From positions 1 through 64,000 of the forward strand of contig JBDHUY010000006.1 in the NCBI GenBank assembly GCA_039809385.1: a DNA stretch of 64,000 nucleotides, in the 5' to 3' direction. Position numbers and translations under genes: made by a program. The DNA comes from Candidatus Altimarinota bacterium. Lineage in GTDB: Bacteria > Patescibacteriota > Gracilibacteria > JBDHUY01. Position 1 is the stretch's first letter. Each line of letters begins with the position of its first letter. Positions 30,051-40,316 of the stretch are shown in pieces. The notes below the pieces were generated by a model, which ran no database searches, was not told where the DNA came from, and saw nothing but the letters and a program-made list of their open reading frames with translations.

Positions 30051-30213
30051 GGGATGTACCTCGTGTGTATAGGAATGTGATCTCTCCTACTCAGGCACCA
30101 GCCTAAGAGTTTGAATAGCAGAATCGCCTTTGATCAAAAAGATCTGCTATTCTGGTTGCAGGCTGAATGATGCTTTACTAAAAAGCACCACCCACCGAAA
30201 TCTCTCATACCTC

Positions 30214-30267
30214 ATTGTCAAAGAACACAAGAAGAAAGTACACTACTCTTGAAAAACATATTGTCAA
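30214..30267 (-). promoter_or_regulatory. Promoter plus boxA-like antitermination motif
   Basis: Minus strand TTGACA (30267-62), TAGTGT-like -10, then GTTCTTTGACAAT (30226-14). Confidence 0.5.
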
Positions 30268-30366
30268 CCAAATATCGTTGTTTTTATAAAAGTACGATAT
30301 ATGCACCAAAAAAGCCATACAACCGCAATCAGTGCAAAACCGCACCACAATCAAAAAAACTGTAAA

Positions 30367-30768
30367 CTATTTCACCTTCTTCGTCGACACCCTTTTCTTG
30401 GATCGTTTCGGCGTCAGCGTCAGCGGCAGCGCCACCACATCCTCCTTCAACTTCTTCGCCTTCGACATAATATTCAGCAACTTCCCTTCAGTCTCGTCCG
30501 TCGAATCCTTCGGCATCTTACTATACGCCCCCTGCAACGCTTGCATCATCCGGTCCGTCACATACTTGAGCCGATCCGCCATCACCTTGGGTGACAATTT
30601 CTGTTTTTTGATCAAACTGTACTCCGTTTTCTTCTCGCAATAAAAACAGACCGGATCCTGCGTATCGGCCACCGCAAAATCGACCCGGCAGACATGACAC
30701 AGATACGTCATCAGATACTTCGGTTTCGGACGAGCCGCATCCTTAGACGCTTCGGAAGATTTTTTCAT
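30367..30768 (-). CDS. Small zinc-ribbon protein
   Basis: YLCHVC...PVCFYC; basic C-terminal tail. Confidence 0.65.
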   Translation of the reverse strand: MKKSSEASKDAARPKPKYLMTYLCHVCRVDFAVADTQDPVCFYCEKKTEYSLIKKQKLSPKVMADRLKYVTDRMMQALQGAYSKMPKDSTDETEGKLLNIMSKAKKLKEDVVALPLTLTPKRSKKRVSTKKVK

Positions 30769-30845
30769 GAGATATATCGAAAAAAGACAAAAATCATCCC
30801 TATTGTAGTAGGACAAACCTCCAAAATCAAACCCGGACACTCCCC

Positions 30846-30890
30846 TTGACTCAGATAGAATATAAACTATTATTATCCGGCTAATAGTTT
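30846..30890 (+). promoter_or_regulatory. suf promoter with putative Rrf2 operator
   Basis: TTGACT (30846); perfect inverted repeat AAACTATTA-N9-TAATAGTTT (30864-30890) overlapping the -10 region. Confidence 0.7.
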
Positions 30891-30896
30891 TAAAAT

Positions 30897-31325
30897 ATGC
30901 TCAAAGTCTCCGCAAAAGCCGATTACGGACTCGTTGTCATGGTCGAACTGGCCGCAAAACACGGCCAGGGCCTCATCTCGCTCACCGAGCTGGCGCGACG
31001 GAAACGCATTTCCTCCAACTACCTGCACCAGATCACGGCGCCGCTGCGCGAGCAAGGTCTGATATCGAGTAAAGAAGGTGTCCGCGGTGGATACACCCTG
31101 GCCAAAAGTCCAGAGACAATCACCATCCTGGCCATCCTCGAAGCGTTGGAAGGCCCCCTGGAAGTCGTACGCTGCCTGACCGAAGGCAAAGACTCCTGCC
31201 CCAGCCATGAGGCCTGCGACACCGGCAGTGTCTGGAATATCCTGCAACAGGAAATAAAGCAATACCTCACGCGTACCACACTAGCCGATCTCCTCAAAAT
31301 GAGAAAAAAAACAGTCCCGGCTTGA
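30897..31325 (+). CDS. Rrf2/IscR-family regulator
   Basis: ADYG, YLHQI, SKEGVRGGYTLA, three Cys (C-x6-C-x5-C). Confidence 0.92.
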   Translation: MLKVSAKADYGLVVMVELAAKHGQGLISLTELARRKRISSNYLHQITAPLREQGLISSKEGVRGGYTLAKSPETITILAILEALEGPLEVVRCLTEGKDSCPSHEACDTGSVWNILQQEIKQYLTRTTLADLLKMRKKTVPA

Positions 31326-31354
31326 AAGTAATACAGCTAGGTAAATTGCCTTAA

Positions 31355-31838
31355 AAATCCCCTCTCTAAGAGGGGTGGCCCCGCCTCGGCGGGGACGGGG
31401 TGTTTTCTTGATCAGAACGTAGCTATGTCAAACAAGTTTATCCCTTACAACTCAAAGCTAAAGGAACTGGCTCGAAAACTTAGAAACAATTCTACCCCTT
31501 CTGAAATAATGCTGTGGCAACATCTGAAAAATGGCCATATGCTCGGATATGACTTTCATCGACAGAAACCCCTATTAAATTACATTGTTGACTTTTACTG
31601 CCCGGCCTTGCAATTGGTCATCGAGATTGACGGTATCACTCACGACGAAAAAATAGAAAAAGATGTAATTCGACAAACAGAAATTGAGAAGCATGGCGTC
31701 ACACTTTTGCGCTTCTGGGACAAAGAAGTAAGGACAAATATCGAAGGAGTACTTATAAAAATACAAGAGTGGATTCAGCAACAGAGCCAATCCGTGCCCT
31801 CCTGAACACACCCCCTACCCCCTCTCAAGAGGGGATTT
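31355..31838 (+). mobile_element. DUF559 cassette copy 1 with palindromic inverted ends
   Basis: Left end AAATCCCCTCTCTAAGAGGGG..GGGGTGT; right end ACACCCC..CCCCTCTCAAGAGGGGATTT. Confidence 0.7.
31425..31805 (+). CDS. DUF559 (Vsr-like) endonuclease
   Basis: ARKLRNNSTPSE..LW, FHRQKP, YIVDFYC, IEIDGITH, LRFW. Confidence 0.92.
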   Translation: MSNKFIPYNSKLKELARKLRNNSTPSEIMLWQHLKNGHMLGYDFHRQKPLLNYIVDFYCPALQLVIEIDGITHDEKIEKDVIRQTEIEKHGVTLLRFWDKEVRTNIEGVLIKIQEWIQQQSQSVPS

Positions 31839-31887
31839 AATACAAAAAATCATCATTCATACATCGTACATCATAAATTATCCCCCC

Positions 31888-32655
31888 ATGTCCACCCTTA
31901 GTATTAAAAACCTCAACGTCGCCACGCACGAAAAACATATCCTCAAGGGCGTAAACCTGAAAATAGAATCCGGCAAAATTCACGCCATCATGGGCCCCAA
32001 CGGCTCGGGAAAGAGCACCCTGGCCAAAGTCATCCTGGGGCATCCGGCGTATACGGTTCAGAGCGGGAGCATCGAGTTCGATGGCAAAGATATCACCAGT
32101 CTTTCACCTGATAAACGTGCAAAGAAAGGCCTGTTTTTAGCTTTTCAGTCACCGCAGAAAATCCCCGGACTGCCAGTATCACAGTTTTTGAGAACTGCGT
32201 ATAACGCCGTGCACAAGCCTGTCGAAGAAGAAAAAAGAGGTTTAGGAGTTTTTCAGTTTCAGAAACTGATCAAGGGCAATATGGATAAACTCAAAATTGA
32301 CGCACACTTTACCGAACGCTATTTAAACGAAGGCTTTTCGGGCGGAGAAATGAAAAAAACCGAGATTTTGCAAATGGCCTTATTAAAACCGAAAATCGCC
32401 ATTCTGGACGAAATCGATTCGGGTCTGGATGTCGACGCGCTCAAGATCGTCTGCAAAAATATCGTCGAGCAACACCGGGAAAACGGTACCGGTATCTTGC
32501 TCATAACCCACTATAATCGAATTCTGGATTATCTGAAACCAGACTTCGTGCACGTCATGGTCAACGGAAAATTGGTTCAGTCCGGCGACGCCGCTCTGGC
32601 CCAGGAAGTTGAAGAAAAAGGATACAATCATCTCTTAGAAGAAGTTACAGCCTAA
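31888..32655 (+). CDS. sufC: Fe-S cluster assembly ATPase
   Basis: GPNGSGKST, LNEGFSGGEMKK, DEIDSGLDVDA, ITHY. Confidence 0.97.
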   Translation: MSTLSIKNLNVATHEKHILKGVNLKIESGKIHAIMGPNGSGKSTLAKVILGHPAYTVQSGSIEFDGKDITSLSPDKRAKKGLFLAFQSPQKIPGLPVSQFLRTAYNAVHKPVEEEKRGLGVFQFQKLIKGNMDKLKIDAHFTERYLNEGFSGGEMKKTEILQMALLKPKIAILDEIDSGLDVDALKIVCKNIVEQHRENGTGILLITHYNRILDYLKPDFVHVMVNGKLVQSGDAALAQEVEEKGYNHLLEEVTA

Positions 32656-32660
32656 TTAAG

Positions 32661-33152
32661 AATCCCCTCTCTTAGAGGGGTGCCCCGAAGGGGCGGGGTG
32701 TTTTCTTGAAAGCACGATCATTATGTCAAACAAGGTTATCCCTTACAATGCAAAGCTGAAAGAACTAGCTCGAAAGCTTAGAAATAACTCTACTCCATCA
32801 GAGGTCATCCTCTGGCAACATCTCAAAAATGGAAAAATGCTTGGATATGATTTTCATCGACAGAAACCACTCTTAAACTATATTGTCGATTTTTATTGTC
32901 CGGCATTGCAACTGGTGATCGAGATTGATGGTATTACCCACGACGAAAAAATAGAAAAAGATGTAATTCGACAAAGAGACATTGAAAAGTACGGGGTCTC
33001 GTTCCTGCGATTCTGGGATAAAGATGTTAGAACGAATATTGAAGGTGTAATTATGAAAATACAAGAGTGGATTGAGCAATATAGACAATCCGTGCCCTCC
33101 TGAACACACCCCCTCCGACCGAAGCGTCGGAGACCCCCTCTCAAGAGGGGAT
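32661..33152 (+). mobile_element. DUF559 cassette copy 2 with palindromic inverted ends
   Basis: Left end AATCCCCTCTCTTAGAGGGG..GGGGTGT; right end ACACCCC..CCCCTCTCAAGAGGGGAT. Confidence 0.7.
32723..33103 (+). CDS. DUF559 (Vsr-like) endonuclease, paralog of 31425
   Basis: 110/126 residues identical to copy 1 by hand count. Confidence 0.92.
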   Translation: MSNKVIPYNAKLKELARKLRNNSTPSEVILWQHLKNGKMLGYDFHRQKPLLNYIVDFYCPALQLVIEIDGITHDEKIEKDVIRQRDIEKYGVSFLRFWDKDVRTNIEGVIMKIQEWIEQYRQSVPS

Positions 33153-33309
33153 GGAAAACATGAGCCCTCCCTTGATCGATAATTTACTATACCAAAACCA
33201 GCCCCTTGCTTCATACCCCATGCCCCAAAGAATGAAGGCTGAGCAGAAAAGGAAGGATGAAGCTTTTATACTTCATACTTGATACCTTATACTTTATACT
33301 TGCTCCCCC

Positions 33310-34707
33310 ATGCAGACCCCCGTCATCACCCGCGAACTCTTCGAGACCGCGAACCAATCCGACTACGCCGCCAAAATTAAAAGAGGCCTTTCCGAAGAGC
33401 TTATTCGACGTATTTCATCCGAAAAGAAAGAACCCGAGTGGATGCTGGAAAAACGGCTCAAGGGCTTAAAACTGTTCAACGAAATGCCCATGCCGGCGTT
33501 TGGCCCCGACCTGAGCGCCCTGCATTTTGACGAAATAATCTACTATGCAGTAGCCAGCGACGTGGACGATGCCAAAACCTGGGACGACGTACCGTCCGAT
33601 ATTAAAAATACCTTTGAACGACTCGGTATTCCGCAAGCCGAGCGCGAAATGCTGGCCGGAGTCGGCGCACAGTATGAGTCGAAAGTGGTCTATCATAAAC
33701 TGAAAGAAGAGTGGGAAAAACAGGGTGTCATCTTCGAAGATATGGACGTGGCTTTGCAAAAATACCCCGACCTGGTCAAAAAATATTTTATGACCAACTG
33801 CGTGCCGGCTCACGATCACAAGTTTGCTGCGCTGCACGCCGCGGTTTGGAGTGGCGGAACCTTTCTCTTTGTTCCCAAAGGCGTGTCAATCGATACGCCG
33901 CTGCAAGCCTATTTTCGTATGAATGCCAAAAACATGGGGCAGTTCGAACATACGCTGATTATCATCGAAGAAGGTGCCCAGGCTCACTATATCGAAGGCT
34001 GCTCGGCCCCCAAATACGGCTCATCCTCGCTGCATGCCGGTTGTGTGGAAGTGTATGTGGAAAAGAACGCGCGCTTTCGCTACAGCTCGGTCGAGAACTG
34101 GAGCAAAGATACCTATAATCTCAATACCAAACGCGCCATGGTCAAAGAAAACGCGGTCATGGAATGGGTCGGCGGTAATCTGGGCAGCGGCGTGACCATG
34201 CTGTATCCCTGCAGTTACCTGCTGGGAGAAGGCGGGCGGGCTGACCATCTCGGCGTCGCATTTGCCGGCCCGGGGCAGGAACAAGATACCGGCGCAAAAG
34301 TCATCCACGTAGCTAAAAATACCAGCTCCAAGATTATGATGAAATCCCTCAGCGGCGGGGGTGGAAGATCCGTATACCGCGGATTATTACATGTGTTACC
34401 AAAAGCTTCTAATTGCTCGTCGTCCGTCACCTGCGACGCACTGATCCTGGACGGTGGGTCGGCATCGGATACGTTTCCGGATATCCGCATCGAAAATAAC
34501 AGTGTGACGATCAGCCACGAAGCCTCTGTCGGGAAAATAGGGGAAGAAGAAATTTTTTACCTGACCAGCCGCGGCGTTTCGCCCGAAGAAGCCAAAGCCA
34601 TGATCGTGAACGGATTTATCGAACCGATCGTCAAATCGTTACCGCTGGAATATGCGGTAGAACTGAACCGTTTGATCGAGATGGAAATGGAAGGAGCGGT
34701 GGGGTAA
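33310..34707 (+). CDS. sufB: Fe-S cluster assembly protein
   Basis: GVGAQYES, AVWSGGTF, GQFEHTLI, YIEGCSAP, HEASVGKI, EMEGAVG. Confidence 0.97.
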   Translation: MQTPVITRELFETANQSDYAAKIKRGLSEELIRRISSEKKEPEWMLEKRLKGLKLFNEMPMPAFGPDLSALHFDEIIYYAVASDVDDAKTWDDVPSDIKNTFERLGIPQAEREMLAGVGAQYESKVVYHKLKEEWEKQGVIFEDMDVALQKYPDLVKKYFMTNCVPAHDHKFAALHAAVWSGGTFLFVPKGVSIDTPLQAYFRMNAKNMGQFEHTLIIIEEGAQAHYIEGCSAPKYGSSSLHAGCVEVYVEKNARFRYSSVENWSKDTYNLNTKRAMVKENAVMEWVGGNLGSGVTMLYPCSYLLGEGGRADHLGVAFAGPGQEQDTGAKVIHVAKNTSSKIMMKSLSGGGGRSVYRGLLHVLPKASNCSSSVTCDALILDGGSASDTFPDIRIENNSVTISHEASVGKIGEEEIFYLTSRGVSPEEAKAMIVNGFIEPIVKSLPLEYAVELNRLIEMEMEGAVG

Positions 34708-34839
34708 CCAGTTAGGAGTCAGAAGAACAGAGTTTGGAGTTATAAATTTAAATTTCAAGGCTTTATTCGTCTACTCCAAAAATGTAACCTTTCGGTACAT
34801 ACCGAGATACAAAAGTATATTACTTTTTATGTACTGTAT

Positions 34840-36090
34840 ATGTATACGCACTTACGTTTCAGACTTGCGTTCCTGTGCTTAGTGTTGTTAACTGGATGCA
34901 ACGTTCAAAATCCTTCTCGAATTGCCAACCAGAACGGCACCGCAGGACCAAACACGAACCAGCATGTGACCTGGAAAACGGCTGAAGCAGAAAAGTACGG
35001 TCTTTCGCTCAGTATTCCGGGAAATTGGGATTTTCAGGCACGAGAAGGAAATACCAGTACCGCAGAATCGTTCCTGGTATCTATTCCTGAAAATCGCAAT
35101 GGAAATATTTCGCCCAAAGCTACGATGATTCTTATATTCAAACCTCGTCTCAGAGCAGATAACGACCAAGCGAAACAGAGAAATTACACACTTACGGAAT
35201 ATCTGGAAAAATCACTCGTCGCCACGCGGGGAGAACTGGCCCCAGCGGACGACAAAATGATCAACGGCCTTCATCTTACCGCCGCAGTCGAAACCGACCC
35301 GGACGGCAACAGCCTGATTCGAACATACTATGCCGAGCTACCAGAGTATTTTTTAGAAATCGCTTACCCGAAAAATCATTCCGAAAAAGAAACACTGGAA
35401 AAGATAATCGATAGTATCCGGGTAAACCGGGAAAATACGTCGCATAAAACCTCCGAGAATAAAAACCGTAATACCGATACCGTTGCCGCAACCCCCGAAA
35501 CCGGATTTAGTTTTGAACCTTGCGGGAATCCGCAAAAATATGCCAAAGCATCCTGGTATCCGGATCTGGAAAAAGGGATTGAAAAACTGCCGCTCTATAA
35601 CGATTACGACCGGGATGGCGAGGGAAAAACTCTCAAAAACGACCGAAATCTGACGATGCAGGATATTGCCGAATTGTGTTACGATACCGAAAACCACTTG
35701 GCCATCATTCTGATACCCGCCCGTATCTACGGTGGCGACGGATTCCGTTTATTACAATTCGATACAGTCGATAAAAATCTAAAACAAGCCACCCGGGAAG
35801 ATATTCACGGCGGGAAAAACACACCATATTACAAAAAAACCTGCGAGACAGCGATCAAAGCCGGAGAAAAAAATTGTCCTGAAACATTCGCCTGGTTTGA
35901 TGTACCGGATACCCTCGGCGTCATGGAACAAAACCGCTTCTATCCAACCGCACAAGGCGGAGACGGGGGATGCTTCGCCGAGTCAAGTTTTGTGTATGAC
36001 ATAGCTGAGAACCATCTATCGATCTCGGAACAGTGTAATCAGTGCGGAGAAGACAAAGCAACCCGGCAGTGCAGCACATACGACAACTGA
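34840..36090 (+). CDS. Hypothetical lipoprotein (PsbP-like N-terminal domain possible)
   Basis: Lipobox LLTGC; YGLSLSIPGNW; Cys-containing C-terminal domain. Confidence 0.7.
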   Translation: MYTHLRFRLAFLCLVLLTGCNVQNPSRIANQNGTAGPNTNQHVTWKTAEAEKYGLSLSIPGNWDFQAREGNTSTAESFLVSIPENRNGNISPKATMILIFKPRLRADNDQAKQRNYTLTEYLEKSLVATRGELAPADDKMINGLHLTAAVETDPDGNSLIRTYYAELPEYFLEIAYPKNHSEKETLEKIIDSIRVNRENTSHKTSENKNRNTDTVAATPETGFSFEPCGNPQKYAKASWYPDLEKGIEKLPLYNDYDRDGEGKTLKNDRNLTMQDIAELCYDTENHLAIILIPARIYGGDGFRLLQFDTVDKNLKQATREDIHGGKNTPYYKKTCETAIKAGEKNCPETFAWFDVPDTLGVMEQNRFYPTAQGGDGGCFAESSFVYDIAENHLSISEQCNQCGEDKATRQCSTYDN

Positions 36091-36188
36091 TATTGTCAAA
36101 CAGGATTAATAAATCTACAATCTATTAGAATCAGAAACATCCGTATTAGAATATTGGATGCGACAATTATAATTGTCACTCTATATAT

Positions 36189-36761
36189 ATGCCAGATTTG
36201 AATCGTTCGATTCTAGGAGAAGAAGAAAAATTGCTATTTTCAGGTATAAACAGCCCGCCGCAAGTAACACGAATACTGGCTCCGGGGATAGCAATGCTTA
36301 TCCTGACAGTTCATCTGTTAGCGATACAATCTGTATACGGACAGAAAAATCCGGAGGTACCGGTTGTAGAATCATCACAGCATGTACGGCATAAAGAAAA
36401 TACAAAAAAAAGAGAAGCAGAATCACTGGAGAAACGTATTAAAGAAGGTGGTTATCGATTTACCGCCGAGGCCAAAGATATAGCCATCTATCATGAAATA
36501 CAGATCCTGGAGAACGACCGGCATCAAGTGATTCTTCTGGTATCATATGAGACCGGACAATCGCTCAAGGAGATTCGGACCGGACGAACAGAATCAAACC
36601 AGGAAGAAGACACGACGTATGTCTATTTTCAGGACAAAGGCGAGAATTTTGTCCTACTGATTCCGCACGATGGCAACACATACCAGCTAATCAGAGCAAA
36701 AAACAAGCGATCCACAGTGATTTCCAAAGGATATATTACTGAAATCGACGGGGCAAAATGA
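36189..36761 (+). CDS. Hypothetical protein with one TM segment
   Basis: 190-aa ORF co-oriented with its neighbours. Confidence 0.6.
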   Translation: MPDLNRSILGEEEKLLFSGINSPPQVTRILAPGIAMLILTVHLLAIQSVYGQKNPEVPVVESSQHVRHKENTKKREAESLEKRIKEGGYRFTAEAKDIAIYHEIQILENDRHQVILLVSYETGQSLKEIRTGRTESNQEEDTTYVYFQDKGENFVLLIPHDGNTYQLIRAKNKRSTVISKGYITEIDGAK

Positions 36762-36894
36762 GAAGACCCATTTTGGATATCTATTGTAATTCAGGAAAAT
36801 ACCAACAACAATTCATTCGCATTTTCCCTTCAGTTTGATAGAATACATGCTATAATTGGCCGAGCGATTTTTACTTTATTTCAATCAATTCGTT

Positions 36895-37704
36895 ATGGAT
36901 ATTGTCGTAGAAACACTCAAAGGATTAGATTTGTCGGACAAAGAGATCGACGTATATCTGGCTATTTTGGAGCTGGGCAGCGTGCCGGCTTCGGTGATCG
37001 GAAAACGTACCGGGATCGTGCGCAGTACCACTCAATACACCTGCCAGCAGCTTACGCAAAAGGGATTGCTCAGAAGTATTACACGCGGGAATACGTTTCT
37101 CTATAGCGCCGAGTCGCCCGAAAAATTGCTCTATCTCCTGGATCAGCGCAAAAAAGACCTGGAACTCCAGGAAGAAAACGTCCAGCGCATCATCGGCGAA
37201 CTGAAGAAACGCATGAACCCCAAAATCTTGATGCCACGGGTACAATTCATCGAAGGCGAAGACAATATGATCAGCCTGTACCGCGAAATGCTGGATCAAA
37301 AAGAACCGATCTATAACGCTTTTCTCAAACAAGAGGAGATTGCCGAAAAATTCGGAAGATTCATGGACCGGCAATTCATACCTCAGCGGATCCAGCGCGG
37401 CGTCAAAGCATTCGTGTTGTTGAACGATACATCGGACGGAGCTCATGAGGTCGTTGAGACAGACAAACAGAGTAAGCGTGTTACTATGTTAGTTCCTACA
37501 AAGAACTATCCATTTGAAGCAGACGTCAACCTCTATGGGAACAAAGTTGCTTTTTACTCCTACCGAAAAAACGATCTGACCGGAGTAATTATCGAGAACC
37601 AGTACATCCGCGCCTCGATGTTTTCGATGTTCAAGATGGCTTGGGACTATGCCCGAATGCTTCCTATGAACAAGAAATACAAAGACATCGAACTCCCCGG
37701 CTAA
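36895..37704 (+). CDS. TrmB-family transcriptional regulator
   Basis: LDLSDKEIDVYLAILELG HTH, PRVQFIEG, C-terminal LYGNKVAF..GVIIEN. Confidence 0.88.
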   Translation: MDIVVETLKGLDLSDKEIDVYLAILELGSVPASVIGKRTGIVRSTTQYTCQQLTQKGLLRSITRGNTFLYSAESPEKLLYLLDQRKKDLELQEENVQRIIGELKKRMNPKILMPRVQFIEGEDNMISLYREMLDQKEPIYNAFLKQEEIAEKFGRFMDRQFIPQRIQRGVKAFVLLNDTSDGAHEVVETDKQSKRVTMLVPTKNYPFEADVNLYGNKVAFYSYRKNDLTGVIIENQYIRASMFSMFKMAWDYARMLPMNKKYKDIELPG

Positions 37705-37842
37705 AAGAAAGATCGGAACTACAACCAGTTCGTGGTTTGTAGCTCCTTCGTAAAAGAGGGGGGAGAGTCTATTTATTTTTAAGGCCACGCGGAAAGGCAA
37801 ACCGAGGCTTTTTCTCATCAGTTGTTCCATTTTTAAAAATTC

Positions 37843-38835
37843 ATGTCCACTCTCCTGTTAGAAACAATGACCAAACATACCTCTCTGTCGCTCTCCAAAC
37901 GCCAGCGTTCTTTTTTGGCCCTGTTCGAGCCGGAAATTTTGGAAAGAAGCAGCTCGTCAGACATACGTTTAAACAATGCGCAACAAGAAGAAGGCCTGAT
38001 ACTCATTCAACCGGATCAAAAGATGCCGCATTATACCCTTACTATTACGCAAAATATCGTGGTATCCGACACAATCGAAATACACATGAAACCGGGTATA
38101 TCGCTCGACATTATTGTAGAGAATAACGTCTCGGTAACGATACGCGAAATTCGTCATCGCACAAAGCCTAGTACCGAAAACGTGGTTACCGTTTCGAGCG
38201 TCAGCATCAGGATAGGCGAAAACAGTCAGGTTCAATACATCTACCAGGCAGAAAAGCTTCTACAAAACGATATACAACTGCGCCAGGCTCGCCTCGGAAA
38301 ATCTTCAAGTTGCACCTGGCACCTGCATTACCGACAAAACGACAATATTTTTGCCCATACCCATACCGTATTGGAAGATCGCGCTTCCGTTACTCTGCTG
38401 GGAACTTATCAGCAAAACGAAGGCGAGCGGATACTGCTCGATTACGAAGTCGTACACGAACGTCCGGATACCTCGTCGAATATTCTGGTACACGGCGTAG
38501 GCAGCGGAAAATCACGTTCCGAGTTTGTCGGAAAAATCCATATTAGCGCCGCAGCGGTGGGCAGTGACGCGCATCTGGACGAACATTGTCTCCTGTTTTC
38601 GGAACAGGCAAAACACGACTCCATGCCGATTCTGGAAATCAATACGAATGAAGTAAAAGCGACGCACAGCGCTTCGATCACCCAGATCGACGAGAACTAT
38701 CTTTTTTACCTGGCATCGCGCGGTATCGACGAAGCAAGCGGTAAAGAATTGATCAAGACCAGCTTTCTGGAAAGCATCCTCGGTCGTATGCCGGGAACGC
38801 GGAGTCCTTCGTACAAAGTACCTAGTACAGAGTAG
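37843..38835 (+). CDS. sufD: Fe-S cluster assembly protein
   Basis: PILEINTNEVKATHSAS..LFYLASRGI. Confidence 0.88.
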   Translation: MSTLLLETMTKHTSLSLSKRQRSFLALFEPEILERSSSSDIRLNNAQQEEGLILIQPDQKMPHYTLTITQNIVVSDTIEIHMKPGISLDIIVENNVSVTIREIRHRTKPSTENVVTVSSVSIRIGENSQVQYIYQAEKLLQNDIQLRQARLGKSSSCTWHLHYRQNDNIFAHTHTVLEDRASVTLLGTYQQNEGERILLDYEVVHERPDTSSNILVHGVGSGKSRSEFVGKIHISAAAVGSDAHLDEHCLLFSEQAKHDSMPILEINTNEVKATHSASITQIDENYLFYLASRGIDEASGKELIKTSFLESILGRMPGTRSPSYKVPSTE

Positions 38836-38976
38836 AGACCGAAATTTATAAAAATTGAAGGAAATTTATAGAAATTTATTGTATAGAATCAGATTTTGCT
38901 GTCAGCTGCTTGCTGTAGGCTGTCAGCCCGTTACTACCGCTCCGTTCTCCCCTCTCCTAACTCCATTCTTGTCCTC

Positions 38977-40191
38977 ATGTTCGACCCTGCCAACATCCGC
39001 TCCGATTTTCCTCTGCTGCAACAAACCGTAAACGGTTATCCCATAATCTATCTGGACAATGCCGCAACCAGCCAAAAACCAAGCATAGTGCTGGAAAGTA
39101 TGGAAACCTATTATCGGGAATACAATGCCAACGTTCACCGCGGCCTCTATACGATGGCTGAAAAAGCTACTCTGGCATACGAAAAAGCCCGGGAAAAAGT
39201 AGCGCATTTTATCGGAGCGGAACAAGACGAAGTTCTATTCGAAAGAAGCGCCACAGGAGCGATCAACCATATTGCCGATCTATTAGTACGTAATCGGTTA
39301 AAAGCCGGAGATGCTATTCTACTGACTCTTTCGGAACATCACAGCAACTTGGTTCCGTGGCAGATCATGGCACAACGCTACGGTTTTGAACTCAAATTTA
39401 TTCCTCTGAATGAGGAAGGAAAGCTGATAATAGACAATCTGGATGAAATGCTAGAGGAAGTAAAAGCAATTGCAATACAGCACGTATCGAATGTGACAGG
39501 AGTAATCCATCCGGTTAAAGAGATTATCGAAAAAGCCCGCGCCAGAGGAATTATCACGTTGATCGATGCCTGCCAGTCGATTCCTCACGTACCAATAGAC
39601 GTCAAAGCGCTCGACTGCGATTTTTTGGTATTTGCCGGTCATAAGGTCTACGGTCCGACCGGGATCGGCGTGTGGTATGGCAAAAAAGAGCTATTGGAAA
39701 GTTTTGAACCCGTCCGCGGCGGCGGCGATATGATTCTGGAAGTCTTCGAACATCATTCCACGTGGAACGAGGTCCCTGCCAAGTTCGAGGCCGGGACTCC
39801 TGCCATTGCCGAAGCCATCGGACTGGGAGCGGCGATTGATTATATTGAGAACCTCCAACTTGCCTCAATTCTCCCGCACGAACAAGAACTGACATCTTAT
39901 ACGATCTCTCGACTGCAGGAGATCCCCGGAGTACGAATACTGGGACCTGCTACGAACAAGAACCGCCTCGGAGCAATTGCCTTCGTTATGGAAGGAATAC
40001 ACCCCCACGATATCGCCGCTTATGTCGATCGCTACGGAATAGCCATCCGTGCCGGACATCACTGCGCGCAACTGCTGCATAAACATTTCCGGATTCCGGC
40101 CTCGGCTCGCATCAGTCTGGGCATGTATAACACCCGCGAGGATATAGATCGGGCGATCAGTGCCCTTCAGGAAGTACGTGCGAAATTCTAA
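38977..40191 (+). CDS. sufS: Cysteine desulfurase
   Basis: YLDNAATSQKP, EHHSN, GHKVYGPTG, RAGHHCA. Confidence 0.97.
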   Translation: MFDPANIRSDFPLLQQTVNGYPIIYLDNAATSQKPSIVLESMETYYREYNANVHRGLYTMAEKATLAYEKAREKVAHFIGAEQDEVLFERSATGAINHIADLLVRNRLKAGDAILLTLSEHHSNLVPWQIMAQRYGFELKFIPLNEEGKLIIDNLDEMLEEVKAIAIQHVSNVTGVIHPVKEIIEKARARGIITLIDACQSIPHVPIDVKALDCDFLVFAGHKVYGPTGIGVWYGKKELLESFEPVRGGGDMILEVFEHHSTWNEVPAKFEAGTPAIAEAIGLGAAIDYIENLQLASILPHEQELTSYTISRLQEIPGVRILGPATNKNRLGAIAFVMEGIHPHDIAAYVDRYGIAIRAGHHCAQLLHKHFRIPASARISLGMYNTREDIDRAISALQEVRAKF

Positions 40192-40316
40192 GGCAAGAGT
40201 ATGAGGTATTATGTATAAAGTATGGGAGACTCCTCAATAAGGTCGTAATGAACTGCTTAATTAAGAATACTTACTACTTACTACTTCCTACATTATACTT
40301 AATACCCCTGTCCCTC

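Noticed and set aside
31355-33152. Composite IS transposon carrying sufC
   Set aside because: The ORFs are DUF559 nucleases, not DDE or HUH transposases, and no target-site duplication was evident.
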